Source: Neophaeotheca triangularis
Lineage: Eukaryota
Length of the DNA stretch: 64,000 nucleotides
Assembly (NCBI GenBank): GCA_054600435.1
Contig: BAAIJX010000054.1
Span: forward strand, 1 to 64,000
Direction of reading: 5' to 3'
Numbering within the stretch: the first letter of the stretch is position 1; every line of letters begins with the position of its first letter. Shown in pieces: positions 23,527-35,147 of this stretch. The notes beneath the pieces are model-generated. The model made no database searches. It had not been told where the DNA came from and saw nothing but the letters and a program-made list of their open reading frames with translations. Both the position numbers and the translations under genes were made by a program.

Positions 23527-23620
23527 CACATTTTATTATATCTGATCATTCGCACTGCCTTTTGCACCCTTTGTTTCACCTCGACTAACACTATCTGAGC
23601 GGCATTGAAAATCCGGGAAG

Positions 23621-25367
23621 ATGCGCCGCGAGAAGAACCAAGACGCGCTCACACCGCCCACGTCCCTGGCAGACGAAGAAGCGCTATCGAACGACCTACG
23701 ACAAGTTGAGACGAACAATGCCCGGCCTTCATGCTTCAATTCTACCACGCAGGAGATTCTCTTCGTGCTTACAGCCACGATGGCGGTAGCAATGACTTCA
23801 TTCGTCACGGGTACAATCACCGTAATTTCATCGTTCGTTGGAGAGGACCTAGACATGACTACCGCCCAAATAACTTGGATGTCGTCGGCTGCATCGCTGA
23901 GTAGCGGTGCTTTTCTGCTTTTCTTTGGCAAGATTGCAGACTTGTTTGGTACGAGGAGCACTTGAGTGTGCGACTGTCGCTGTGCTCTAGCTAACCGAAG
24001 CAGGCCGCAAATTATTGTTCGTTGGATCCTTGTTCCTATTCGCTGTCTTCTGCCTGGCAGCAGGTTTTTCTCAGGATGCAATGACCATAGACATTCTACA
24101 CGGCGTCCTCGGACTATTCTCTGCCAGTGCCGTACCGCCAGCAGTAGGCGCGCTAGGTGTCATCTACGAGAAACCTAGCAAGCGGAAGAACTGGGCATTT
24201 GCTTGCTTTTCGGCCGGTAATCCATTGGGTTTCGTCTTTGGTACTATCTTCTCTGGAGTGGCCTCGGATATCTTCAACTGGCGAGCTTCTTTCTACTTAC
24301 TGGCCATCATCTACCTCGTCTTTACAATCGCCGCCGTCTTCACTGTCCCTCGAGACTTTACACCCAAGGAGCCCTTCAACGTGGATACGCTCAAAAGATT
24401 TGACATCATGGGGACGCTGCTCACAATTGGCGGTATCGGCATGTTCTCTGCTGCTTTGTCGCTCGGAGACACTGCTGCTAACGGCTGGGCAACCGACTAT
24501 GTTTTGGCCTTACTAATCGTAGGCGTTCTACTCATTGTCGGCTTCGTCTTTTGGGAGATTTACTTCCCGTATCCCTTAATACCGATGCGCATCTGGCGTG
24601 ACAAGAACTTCAGCTTAGTCCTCGCCATCCTCATGCTTGGGTTCATGGCTTTCACGCCAGCGACCTTCTTTTTGGCTCTCTACTTCCAGGACGTTGGCAA
24701 CATGTCGGCTCTCATGGTAGCTGTACACCTCTTACCTATGGCTATCGTTGGCATCATCGTGAACGCCATCGCTGGCCTCATTCTCCATCGGGTCAGCAAC
24801 AAGCTCCTTCTTTACATTGGCACAATCTGCTATACCATCGCCTTCCTCCTTATTGCCGTCAATCGCCGCAGCAACTCCTACTGGTCGCTGGCATTTCCGT
24901 CTCTCATACTCAACGTCATTGGTGCCGACTTGGAATTCAACGTGGCAAACATGTACGTCATGTCATCGATGCCGCCGAATCAACAAAGCATCGCAGGTGG
25001 AATATTTCAGACGACGACGAAATTTTGCACGACCCTGGGGCTGGGTGTGGCGACTGCGCTGTTCAATTCGATCCAACAGAATCCGAGCTTGGCAGATTTT
25101 TGGGACCGCGAGACGCAGCCGTATTCGGTGACTTTCTGGTTTGCGACTGCTTGCGTTGCGCTCTCAATCTGTCTCGTACCTTTTGTTACAATCACCACGC
25201 AGGGGGGACAAGAGAAGGGAGAAGATTCTGCGAGCGATGCAAACAGTCAGGCCGAAGACGGGCTGCCACCTGCGGTCCCCCCAATGCCCGATGTGCACCG
25301 CGTGGAAGAGAAGGCGGGCACTTTGGAGACCTCGACAAAGATGGCGCCGCCAACGGGAGGCTTGTAA
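23621..25367 (+). CDS. MFS drug:H+ antiporter (DHA2/EmrB-like, ~14 TM), 2 exons
   Basis: FLLFFGKIADLFG|R joined across intron 23949-24003. Also GNPLGFVFG, WRASFY, FDIMG, PLIPMRIW and QSIAGGIF. Confidence 0.9.
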
Positions 25368-25467
25368 TTTGGCATTTCGCAACTTTCAATCAGCATTTTG
25401 AGCGTTCCGAGCGATCTGATAGACCTGATATTCAATTGACTCTCATCACCACAGCCTACCTCTTACC

Positions 25468-26325
25468 TCACGCGTATCGCTGCCCCTTTGCGTTGTAGTA
25501 CTCAGGGTAACTCGCACTGTACCCGAGCAATCCCGCACCGATCCATCGGCCCAGCACGACGCCCATGGCATAGCTCAAGGGCTGCATAAGCCAGTCCGGA
25601 CCGAAACGAAACGCCAGGCTCACTTCCGCGGTGTCGAGGAAGAGCAAAAGTTGCGGCAGCGATGGCGAGACACCCTGGATTCGGCAGTCTTCAAGGTAAC
25701 CGTAGAGGTTGCGGAAACTTGCACGCACCCGGCACGGTCAGCAAGGAAGTCCTTACGCCTTACTTGAACAATTCGCCATCTTCTTCGAAACCGGCTACGA
25801 ATGCTTGGATGGGCGGCAACTCACAACGTCTCCGTGGTTCCCGCAGATTCCGGCTGCCCACTGGGGGCTTTGGGGGATACAGCCGTCGTGATCTCGATTG
25901 TACAGGGGCTCTTGCAACTCGTGTCGACGGCAAAAGTGTGTCGAGCTGCAACGGGGATACGCACGGGTTGCGGATCGTCGGACGAAATGGTGAAGTCCTT
26001 GCCCTCGAGTGTGAAGACGAAGCGACTGAATGGTATAGTGAGCGAACCGCGCGCGCTAGGAATTACACTAGCTCAGTAGATGGGCCCCGTACCCTTCGGT
26101 TATATGGAAGTACTCCTCCTGATACCAGTGCCAATGATAAGGCGGTTTGAGCATTGCGCCGCCGTCGGGGTGCTTCCGGAGGTCTGTGGGGCGGTGCGTG
26201 GTTTGTATTTCTTTGACCGCGAGGCCTTGAGGGGGGCGTTCCCAGCGGGTTGTGCGTATGCCATCGTATTGCGTGAGAGTGTCAAGGTGGGCGATTTGCG
26301 AGCGCTTCACGTGGAAAGAAGACAT
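25468..26325 (-). CDS. Cupin-domain protein, 3 exons
   Basis: PPYHWHWYQEEYFHITEG (cupin motif 1), then FVFTLEG...IPVAARHTF (motif 2), then FFRNLYGYLEDC...LPQLLLFL. Confidence 0.78.
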
Positions 26326-26960
26326 GGTGTTTGAGCTGACGAGCCACGGGGGATGTACTCAGGAGACTGGACTCGTGTTTCGGAAGACGATTACTGTTGG
26401 CATGCTCCTTGTCCTACCATGGGTGTGATGGTTCTAGATCGTGAAGTGGTGGTACAGTTGCGCCTTGCACGGAGTACGCAACGGGACCCCCGCCTTCAGC
26501 TGCTGAGATGAGTGCTGTAGGTAGGTTACCTACAGTGCAGCGACTGACATTGTCTCATTATTACAGGCGATGTGCCTTTAACAATCTGCCAAGTGTTGTT
26601 ATTATGGATTGTCTCAGGTCTTGTCGTGTCACTGTTTTAATTCCAGAGATTATTCGGTATTCAGAAGACTCTACTACCTATGTAGAGCGAGAACACCCCG
26701 CCTGTTAAGAAAACTCCGCGGGATGCCCGGGCGGCCGATACCGCTAATAACAAAAGATAACTCAATTAAGATAAGGTGTAGATAAAAGTAGTGCGGGCGA
26801 GCATGTGGCTGCACGTGGCGAATATGCATTCAACTAAATTTTTTCCAACTATCTCACCAACCTATGTACCTACCCTACCTTCACACACCAACGAGCTCCC
26901 TTCCCTTCCCTTCTACTTAACTTCCACTCATCGCGAAGGCTCACTAGCACCGTCGCCAAT

Positions 26961-29217
26961 ATGACTTCTCTAAAAGGCGACTCGACCTTGCCAGAGGCCA
27001 ACAACCTCAAGCCTCAGAATCATCTTCAGTCGGATTTCAATGCCGGAAGTGACAGCGCCAGTGTTGTGAGCAGTAAAGAGTTGAGCCGTCCTTTAACGGA
27101 AGCTGACAACCAAACTACTCTTAGGACTCCGACGAGCGCTATCTGGTAAGGCACGATACGGGCTGAGCCACCATCGAGCGGGATTCAAATCTACGTAAAC
27201 CTTCAGCGCATCAGTGAGTTGAGTTCTTAGCCCATCAAGTACAGTGTCATGGCACGCGGGTGCCCGTCTGCTTGTCTCCCTACTGGATTGCCACCATCCT
27301 GCTCTGCACAGAGGCAACAGTATGAGCAACTCCCGAGGAAAGCTATGCAGCGGGCTGAGATGATACCGCTTTGAACTTGATCGCATTCATATGCGCGGAA
27401 GAAGTGACCTTGACATCTCATCGATGATGCTCCTGTACCCCTCTCCCCTGATGGGGCTTAATGCTAACAGCTCGGAAGCGTGCTCTCGGCTATAAGCAGG
27501 TCAGTATTGATATTACCTCCATCTGCTGAATAACGGCTGACTTTCTACAGACTTTGCATCGCCAATGGAAGTTCTTCGAAAGCTTTGCATCGAGTTTCGG
27601 TGCGTCACCTTCATACTCTTGAGTCTGGAGTCGAGCTGACATAGACTATAGCTGCCCTGTACTGCGTCGGAGGAATCCGAACTACCTTCACGATCGGAGT
27701 AGGGGCTGGAGGGCCGGCTGCGTACTGGTGAATGACGCCGACTACTGTCTTTATTCTGCCCTCACTTTGCTAATATTTGCTAGGTCGAGCTATGTGGTTA
27801 CCTGCATCTTCGTCACCATCACAGCTGCAGTGTTGGCTGAGATATGCTCTGCACTGCCAGCGGCCGGAAGCATTTATTTCTGGGCGGCCGAGAGTGGCGG
27901 ACGCAGGTATGGCAGACTCTTTGGTTTCATTGCCGCCTGGTGGAGCACCACAGCCTGGACGACCTTTGTGGCCAGTGTTTCCCAAGCGACTGCAAACTTT
28001 CTACTCGCTGAAATATCCGTGTTCCGACTCGCATTCACGACCGATACGAGCGACATCAGATTTCGAGCTGTACAGTGGATTGTCTCGGAAGTTATTCTGT
28101 TCCTCGCCATTGGAATGAATTACCTGGATCCTAAGATCTACAAGACGGTCTTCCGGCTCGCAACCTTCGTCATCTTGCTGGACTTCACCATAAACATCAT
28201 TTGGTTACCCATCGCCGTCTCGAAGACGTACGGATTTCAGGACGCCTCCTACGTCTTCACTCAGACATACAACGAGACAGGAGCGCCGCCCGTCTGGAAC
28301 TGGATGCTGAGCTATTACGTTACTGCAGGAGTCTTGGTTGGCTTTGAGGCTGCTGGCCACATTGCAGAAGAGACGCAGAATGCCAACCTGAACTCGGCCA
28401 AGGCGATTTTCTGGTCTGCAGTGGCATCAGCGGCCATAGGCTTTCCATGCGTCATTCTCTTCCTCTTCTGTCTCCCTGACCTGGATACGTTGTACAGTTT
28501 CGGAGCGCCGCAGCCTTTTGTTCAGATCTACGCGCTGTCTTTGGGAAATGGTGGCCACATCGTCATGAACGTCGTAATTATCATCGGTCTCTTCTTCAAC
28601 ACGACCATTGCCGGCGTGGCCAGCTCGCGACTCATCTGGGCTGTGGCACGAGACGGCGTGCTGCCGTTTTCTGGATGGATCTCGAAAGTGTCGGCGGACA
28701 AGCAACCCAAAAACGCCGTGATTGTCATGCACGCGGTGTCAGCGCTGTTGCTGTGTACAATCCTCCCTTCTCCGGTGGCTTTTGAATCGCTGGTCAGTGC
28801 GGCCGGTGTGCCTACTATCACCTGCTACGCCCTAATCGCTTTCGGCCGCTGCTTCATCACTCCGCATGATTTCAAACATGCTAAATGGTCACTCGGTCGC
28901 TGGTCCCGACCTTTGACGTTCATCACTTTTGTCTGGAACTTGTACCTGGCCTGTGTCTTGTTCTCACCATTGTACTTTCCGGTAACTGCGGAAGGGTTCA
29001 ACTGTGCGTATAAATTGCGTCGCGCCGATTACTAGACCTCGATGCTAACGCATTCTCAGACTCACCGGTCATCTTCGGCGCCATCACCATCTTTGGTCTC
29101 CTCACCTGGTGGATTACTCCAGAGTCGCAATGGCTGCCCGCCGCTCGTTTGGGCAAGGTGCACAGGCTGGACGACGAGTACACTCCCTATCAAGATGGCG
29201 AGGAGCAGCGCACTTGA
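26961..29217 (+). CDS. Amino-acid/polyamine permease (APC; GABA/choline/TPO5-like), multi-exon; first junction anomalous
   Basis: Microexons ALGYKQ / TLHRQWKFFESFASSF / GAGGPAAYW, then LAEICSALPAAGSIYFWA, GFEAAGHIAEET, SRLIWAVARDGVLPFS and a final exon SPVIFGAITIFG. Confidence 0.82.
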
Positions 29218-29995
29218 TCGAGTTGTGCATGCTCCGAACAACAATACCACAGGACGTCTGCATGCTGAAGCGCAAGACGCATTTCGCTTGACTTTCACTA
29301 CTTTTGCGTCAGAATCGAGCAACAAGTCAAGATGTGTAAATACCGGCTTACAGCGCAGTGTATGTAACCACGGATTACCCCATTGGATCGTTCCCATTAC
29401 TTCATTGTGATGATTTGTTCTTCTCGATTGCGCGCAGGACTGTGCCAAATGCAGCAAACCACGGTGCATTCCGAAAATCCATGACGTCGATCTAGAAGCA
29501 AAGTCCAGTCCGTGGAAACTAGGTAAGGTACTACTTAGGATTGAGTTCACACCTCTTGGCCTTGTTAAAAGCATTATCGTTACCGCTCAGCCGCCGTGGG
29601 GTTGCCGCTCAAGGTTTCCACCTTCTAAACTGTCATATCCTCACATCCTTCTTTCTATTGGACGATATTCGGTAGAACTGGCCTCAGACTTTCAACCGCT
29701 CGAAGCGTCTCCGCACCGAAATCTTCCCATTCGACAATCTCACTCAAAGACAAGTACACTTGATCCCCACCCTCCACTCACCCAGAAATTTGAAATCACG
29801 TACGGATCGTCGGAAACCTTCTGTACCTGCATCGATAGCTCGACGTCACCTGTCTTGAACCTTCAACAGGATTAAAGTAAAGCTTCTGGAGATGGGCTTT
29901 CCGACCTGAATATATATAAGGTAGTTGTGGTAGGTTTGTCAATATCGCTTCCGTTCTTTCCTTGCAAGCATAGTTTCCTTGAGACCATCCTGACC

Positions 29996-31439
29996 ATGCA
30001 TTCCTACATTCTCCCCATCGCCGCGCTTGCGGGTGCTGCCACGGCAAAGGTGTGCACCAATGTCACTGTTCCCGTCAACATCGACACCCGTCAAGCTATC
30101 TTCGACGAGGACCTCGTTGGCATCAACAGCAACATCGATGCGACTACCTTCTCCCTGAACTTCACCGAGCAAGGGGTCAACTTCACCGATGTCGCCTTGA
30201 CTGGCTACCAAACGTTGCAAATCCCGGCCAACATCAGTGCCAAGTTCTGTCGTCCAGACAACATGAACGATACCCACAACCCGACTGTGCAGGTCTTGAC
30301 ACACGGTATTGGCTTCGACAAGACTTACTGGGATCTGCCTTACGACGTGAGTACTCCAAAAGGCCGCGACATGTTATCACGAACACAACTAACCTGGTTC
30401 TTTACAGGGCTTCAAATACTCGTACGAAGATGTCGCCGTCGACCAGTACGGGTTCTGCACCGTCGCCATCGACCGCTACGGCATCAACAACTCCACCCAC
30501 GGCGACCCTTACAACGAGGTGCAGGCACCTGCTGAAGTTTCCGCCCTCTACGACCTGACCATGCAACTGCGCAATGGACAATTCCCCACCGTCCCTCACA
30601 AATTCGACAAGGTCGTCCACATCGGACACTCGTTCGGCTCGGCTCAGACATACCTCCTGACCGCCCTCCACCCCGAGGCCTCGGACGGAATCATCCTGAC
30701 AGGCTACTCCCAAAACGGAACCTGGCTAGCCCGCACCCTCGCCGGCTGGAACCTCCACATCGCCAACCTCAACCAGCCCCTCCGCTTCGGCGACCAAAGC
30801 CTCAACCTCGAGCTCCCTGGCAGCCAAAAGTACAACACGTACCGCAGCTGGAAGATGCACGCGGCAAGCTTCAGCCGCAACCTGATCAAGACGGCACAAT
30901 ACGGCCTCTCCCTGCTCGGCCTCGACTACAGCACCGACAGCATCTGGCAAGCCATCGCGACAACGGAGCTAGGCGACCTGATCAACGGCTGGAACGCCAC
31001 AGCCCTCGAGCCCCAAGCCTACCCAAACGCCTACCTGACCTGGACCGACCTAACCGCCAACATCTACGCCTTCCTCCACCCCTCCAACTTCGACACGGGC
31101 GCCGCCGTCTTCGCCGAAAGCACCAAGCAGCCCGTGACGCCGGGCGAGATCTTCACGCTCGCAAACGGCTACCCGCCCACCAACCCCTTCACCGGGCCCG
31201 TGCAAGTCCTGACCGGCGAGCGCGACAACATCTACTGCGGCGGCGACTGCCTCGCCACCGGCGGCGGCGCTTACGCCAGCATCCCCGCCGCCGTCGCCGC
31301 CGCTTTCCCCGACGCCAGCGATTTCGAGGCCTACATCCAGCCCACCACGGGCCACGGCATTAACTTCCATTACAACGCCACGGCTGCGTATGAGGTTATG
31401 CAGGAGTGGTTCATCAGCCATGAGTTGGGGAGTTCTTAG
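29996..31439 (+). CDS. Secreted alpha/beta hydrolase, 2 exons
   Basis: Signal peptide MHSYILPIAALAGAATA, LTHGIGFDKTYW, nucleophile motif GHSFG, TGERD and GHGINFH. Confidence 0.87.
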
Positions 31440-32252
31440 ATTGAATTGAAAGAAAACGAGAAGAGGAAGGAAAGAGAGCGAAATGAGAACAGCGGAGTGA
31501 TTCCGAGTCTGGTGGAATGAGCCAACTCATGTGCTTCTGAGGAAGTTTGGGATATTGCAATGACGGTCTGGAATCGACCGAGTGTACATGAGTAAAAACT
31601 AGTCGAGTACAAACAGATGCCTCGTTTGGCACTTTCACCCCTTGTTATCTTGAAAAGCTCTCCTCACCTGTGCATCCACTTTCACTCCTTGTTCTTTCCA
31701 ATCTTCCTTCACTCTCTACTCACCGCTAGCGCGCCACATGACAAGAATACCAGCAATGGAAGGTAACAAACTCCAAAAAGCCTAGGGAAGATTCAGACCC
31801 CCCGGTCCCGCAGCCGGAAGGGGGTGGATGAATACAAGCACCAAAGCCGTGGTGGTATCTACGCAAGCAAAAAGACAGAAATAAATCAAAAAGAAGCGAT
31901 TGGACCGACAATGACGGAAATGTCGTACGGCCAATCGCTCGTTCGGTCGCCCACGCCGCAATGCAAAAGAAGAAATCAAATCGCCCCGTCCATGACATCG
32001 TGAAAAAGATTCCCAACCCAGGCTCTACTTCTCACCTCCTCTTGTGTTGTTCTTCCGACTCTGTTGCCAAGTTTCTTTGGTAAAGGGCCAGGTGAGAACG
32101 GAGGCGTGATCCAACGACCGCCCTCTTCCTTCCTCCCGTCTATTCGCAGGTCTTGCCCCATCACCAAAACCTGTACCTCCAACCGCCGAAATTACCTTTC
32201 CCAGAAAAGACATTATTTCCCTCCCAAGTAAAAAGCAAAACCAACCGCACAA

Positions 32253-33431
32253 TCAAGTAAAACCGCTACCACCGACAACCCTCGGCTCGGGCCAATCGTC
32301 CTCGGTGATGCTGCTCCAAAAGACCCAAAGGATAACCACACTAACGAGCGTCAGTAAAGTCGAAAATAAACCGCCATTGATGGCGCCGTCCGTCCCTTCG
32401 CAGATGTAGGGACTGATGACATATTGGAAGACTTGGCCGAGGGCGAAGACCACTGCCGCGGCGGCGAGGTAGACTGAAAGAAGTATGCATGTTAGTGGAC
32501 GTTTGAGGAAAGGCGGAGGGGGGTTGAGCGGAACTTACGCATCGGTCGAGTCTCCCCGAGGACGTGGAGGACTAGTACGGTTTCCAGTACGAAGTAGACC
32601 ACGATGAAAACTAGCGGGGCTAGTTGGTAGAGGGTGTAGAGACTGTAGCTGCGATTCGGCACCTCGAGTACAATGGGTTCTTGCCAGTAGTCGGTGAAGG
32701 CAAACCCGGTGTCCAGAGCGATGTATCCAGTGGCGATGAAGATGGCTGCCGCGGAAAGGAGGAGCAGGCCGAGGGATAGCGGTGTGCCGTCGTCGAGTTG
32801 TTGGTAGCCGACTGCGCCGTTGATCATCAGGATCCAGGCGCTGGCAGCAATAGCTGCTAGGTGGATTGCTGTGAAAGCGAGGCGGACTTGGGAGTCGAGG
32901 GGGAATTGCCCGGTGGTGAAGATTTCGCAAATGGAGACTAGAATGTAGGAGAGGAGGAAAAGCTGCATTTCTCTAGGGGATTGGCGTTAGCATCGTGTTG
33001 GGTTTACAGGGTTAGGGAGGGTCGTCTTACCTTCGTCCGACAGCCGCTCTCTTAATATTACTCCGCCATAGTAAGAACAGACTTGTGATGATTGCGAGTC
33101 CAGCTATTATTATCGAGCCTGCGAAAGTCACCATTAGCAAGGGGTCCCGATCGCAACCTCAACGAAGCTCTCCAGGACAACTCCACGCATTCCCTCTCCT
33201 CGTCGCTGTTCCTCTCTTTGAAAAGTCTTGCCGCACATCTCAGCACTCACCTAAGTTCGCCAAGTACTCCCCCCCACCCAAAGATATCCCCTCCAAATCA
33301 CAAGCCCCCTGACTAAACCCATCATCCTGCCGCGTCTGACTGCCCGCGAACAAATTGCAAACCGGCAGTGTAGACCGTCTATTGCCCGTCCGCGCGCAAA
33401 AGTCGGCGAATTTGCCGTAGTCGGTTGCCAT
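32253..33431 (-). CDS. CHS7: Chitin synthase export chaperone (Chs7 family), 4 exons
   Basis: YGKFADFC...LPVCNLF, KRAAVGRREMQLFLLSY, INGAVGYQQLDDGT, LETVLVLHVLGE and FWSSITEDDWP. Confidence 0.88.
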
Positions 33432-35147
33432 TGCTGCTGCAGTAAATGGCGGTGACGCTGGTTGTGCTGCTACGACGTCGGCAGGCTTTCAGACCCCCTC
33501 GCTCGGTGCGCAGGAGGGTGGTGTAGGTGGCTTTTGCCGGTGGTGAGAGGTGTCTTGTTCAATTCGCTTCGAGGTCCGCGTTAGAGGAGTAATGCTGGTG
33601 GGTTCGCGCCGGCGTGGCTGCAAAAGGATGCTCGATCGGCCTCGAGAGGCTTGGTTTGTGTGAGGTCGGAGCGGATGGCGTGGCCGTTGACCGTAGATGG
33701 TAGTTCGAAATGTCTGTAGAGCTGTGGCTATGGCATTGGGTACACAGTAAAGATTGTGGTGGGTGAAGTGAGTGAGCTGTCGTCCGAGAGCTGGTATTAC
33801 TCGGGTGATTACGATTAAGGCTAGCTGAGCAGTATCAGGCGTGGTTTCGAATTGGTGGTGGTGGTGGTGGTGGTGGTGATGGGTGATAGGTGATAGGGTC
33901 ACAGGGCAAAATACAAGCAAGAAACAAACGGTGGGTCGAGGCGTAGGGCAGAATTGAGGTCAGGGCAGGGAGGGAGAAGTGGGCGTGGAGGTGGATGAGG
34001 ACGTGCTGGTGGAGAGTGTTGGTCGGAGTATGGCTAGTACAATGGCTATGGCTGTGGCTATGGGACGGGATGGGATTGGGATTGGGATTGGGACTGGGCT
34101 GGGCTGCCGGTACACGAGAAGAGGCGCTTGGACAGTTGTAGATTAATAAAGTGCTGGCTGGCTGGCTGGTTGGCTGGTTGGCTGGTGCGCTTGCGGCTCG
34201 GGCTGCTAATCAAACTCCCACATGAAATGAGCACAAACGATAATAACAATAACAATGATAATAATGATAAATGATAAATGATAAATCTAGCAATTGAACT
34301 TCAATAACACTTGCTCTTCACCCCTATCGTGCGTTGCATCCATCCCCAACACTGCCACACTCAAACACACTGGACACTCGCGGTTTCAGCCTTGTAGGCC
34401 AGCGTACTACTGCCCATACAACTACTACATACTACTACAAGATGGGTCAATTTTGACTTTGCCCGGTTCTGGAGATGAGCTGCAGGGTTTACCACAAGTC
34501 ATGTACATGTACATGCACATGCTATAGCCTATGAGCAACCTGAGCATCTCGAAGCCTGTTTTTCTTGCATCTGTCTGTCCTTGGCCAATCACGTGTTGCT
34601 ACGGCAGCAAAGTAAAGCTGTGGCTGTAATGGTAGTACTAGTAAATGTAGTCTGCTGCCGACGTGGCTGGTGTCTGTAGCCTTACCTACCTCCTATTACT
34701 TACTTTTATCATTAGTGCTTGGTCGGCGGTGGAGTCTTCTTGGGAGTTTGGCTACTACTTTGGGTTTCTTTTTGCCATGCTGGTGCGACGACAGCGAGCG
34801 GCTCGCGGCATGGCAAACGTCCTGGGACTGTGACACACCTAGGTAGCCTGTCAACCTGTGTGTTTGCACGTCACCATGGGACCTCCGTTTTGGTGAACAC
34901 GCGACGTTGTCCATTCTGTTCGTCCCATCTGATGTCTGCTGACTGTTGCTACTGCTAATGATGCTGAATCGTCGTGATTGTGAAGCTGTGCTTGTCGCAG
35001 CCCTTCTCCAAGATGGTCGTTTCCGCCGGCCCCCCATACCTCATCGGGTTCTTTTCGCTCCTTTCGAAGAGTCATGCGGAAGTCCGTCTCTTTGATGCAC
35101 CCAGAAGTACCATATGAGACCCCCTCTGCCCTCTCGTTCGCCCTCGC

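Larger units (their letters stand above)
13170..23530 (+). mobile_element. Non-canonical Helitron (Helitron2/Helentron-type), apparently full length, RIP-mutated
   Basis: Contains Rep (HUH) and Pif1 helicase motifs. An imperfect inverted repeat lies at 13170-13197 and 23468-23497, with a hairpin at 23499-23526 beyond the right copy. T-runs flank both ends and TpA is abundant inside. Confidence 0.9.

Noticed and set aside
27225..27461. Degenerate MITE inside the permease first intron (GCCCATCA...TGATGGGGC)
   Set aside because: The inverted match is short and gapped, with no convincing TSD.
23621..31439. Secondary-metabolite cluster (MFS, cupin, permease, hydrolase)
   Set aside because: No PKS, NRPS, terpene synthase or cluster transcription factor is present in the window.
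33853..34285. Microsatellites (GGT)n, (GGATTG)n, (GGCT)n and the resulting poly-His ORF upstream of CHS7
   Set aside because: These are ordinary low-complexity promoter or UTR sequence, and the ORF is a by-product.
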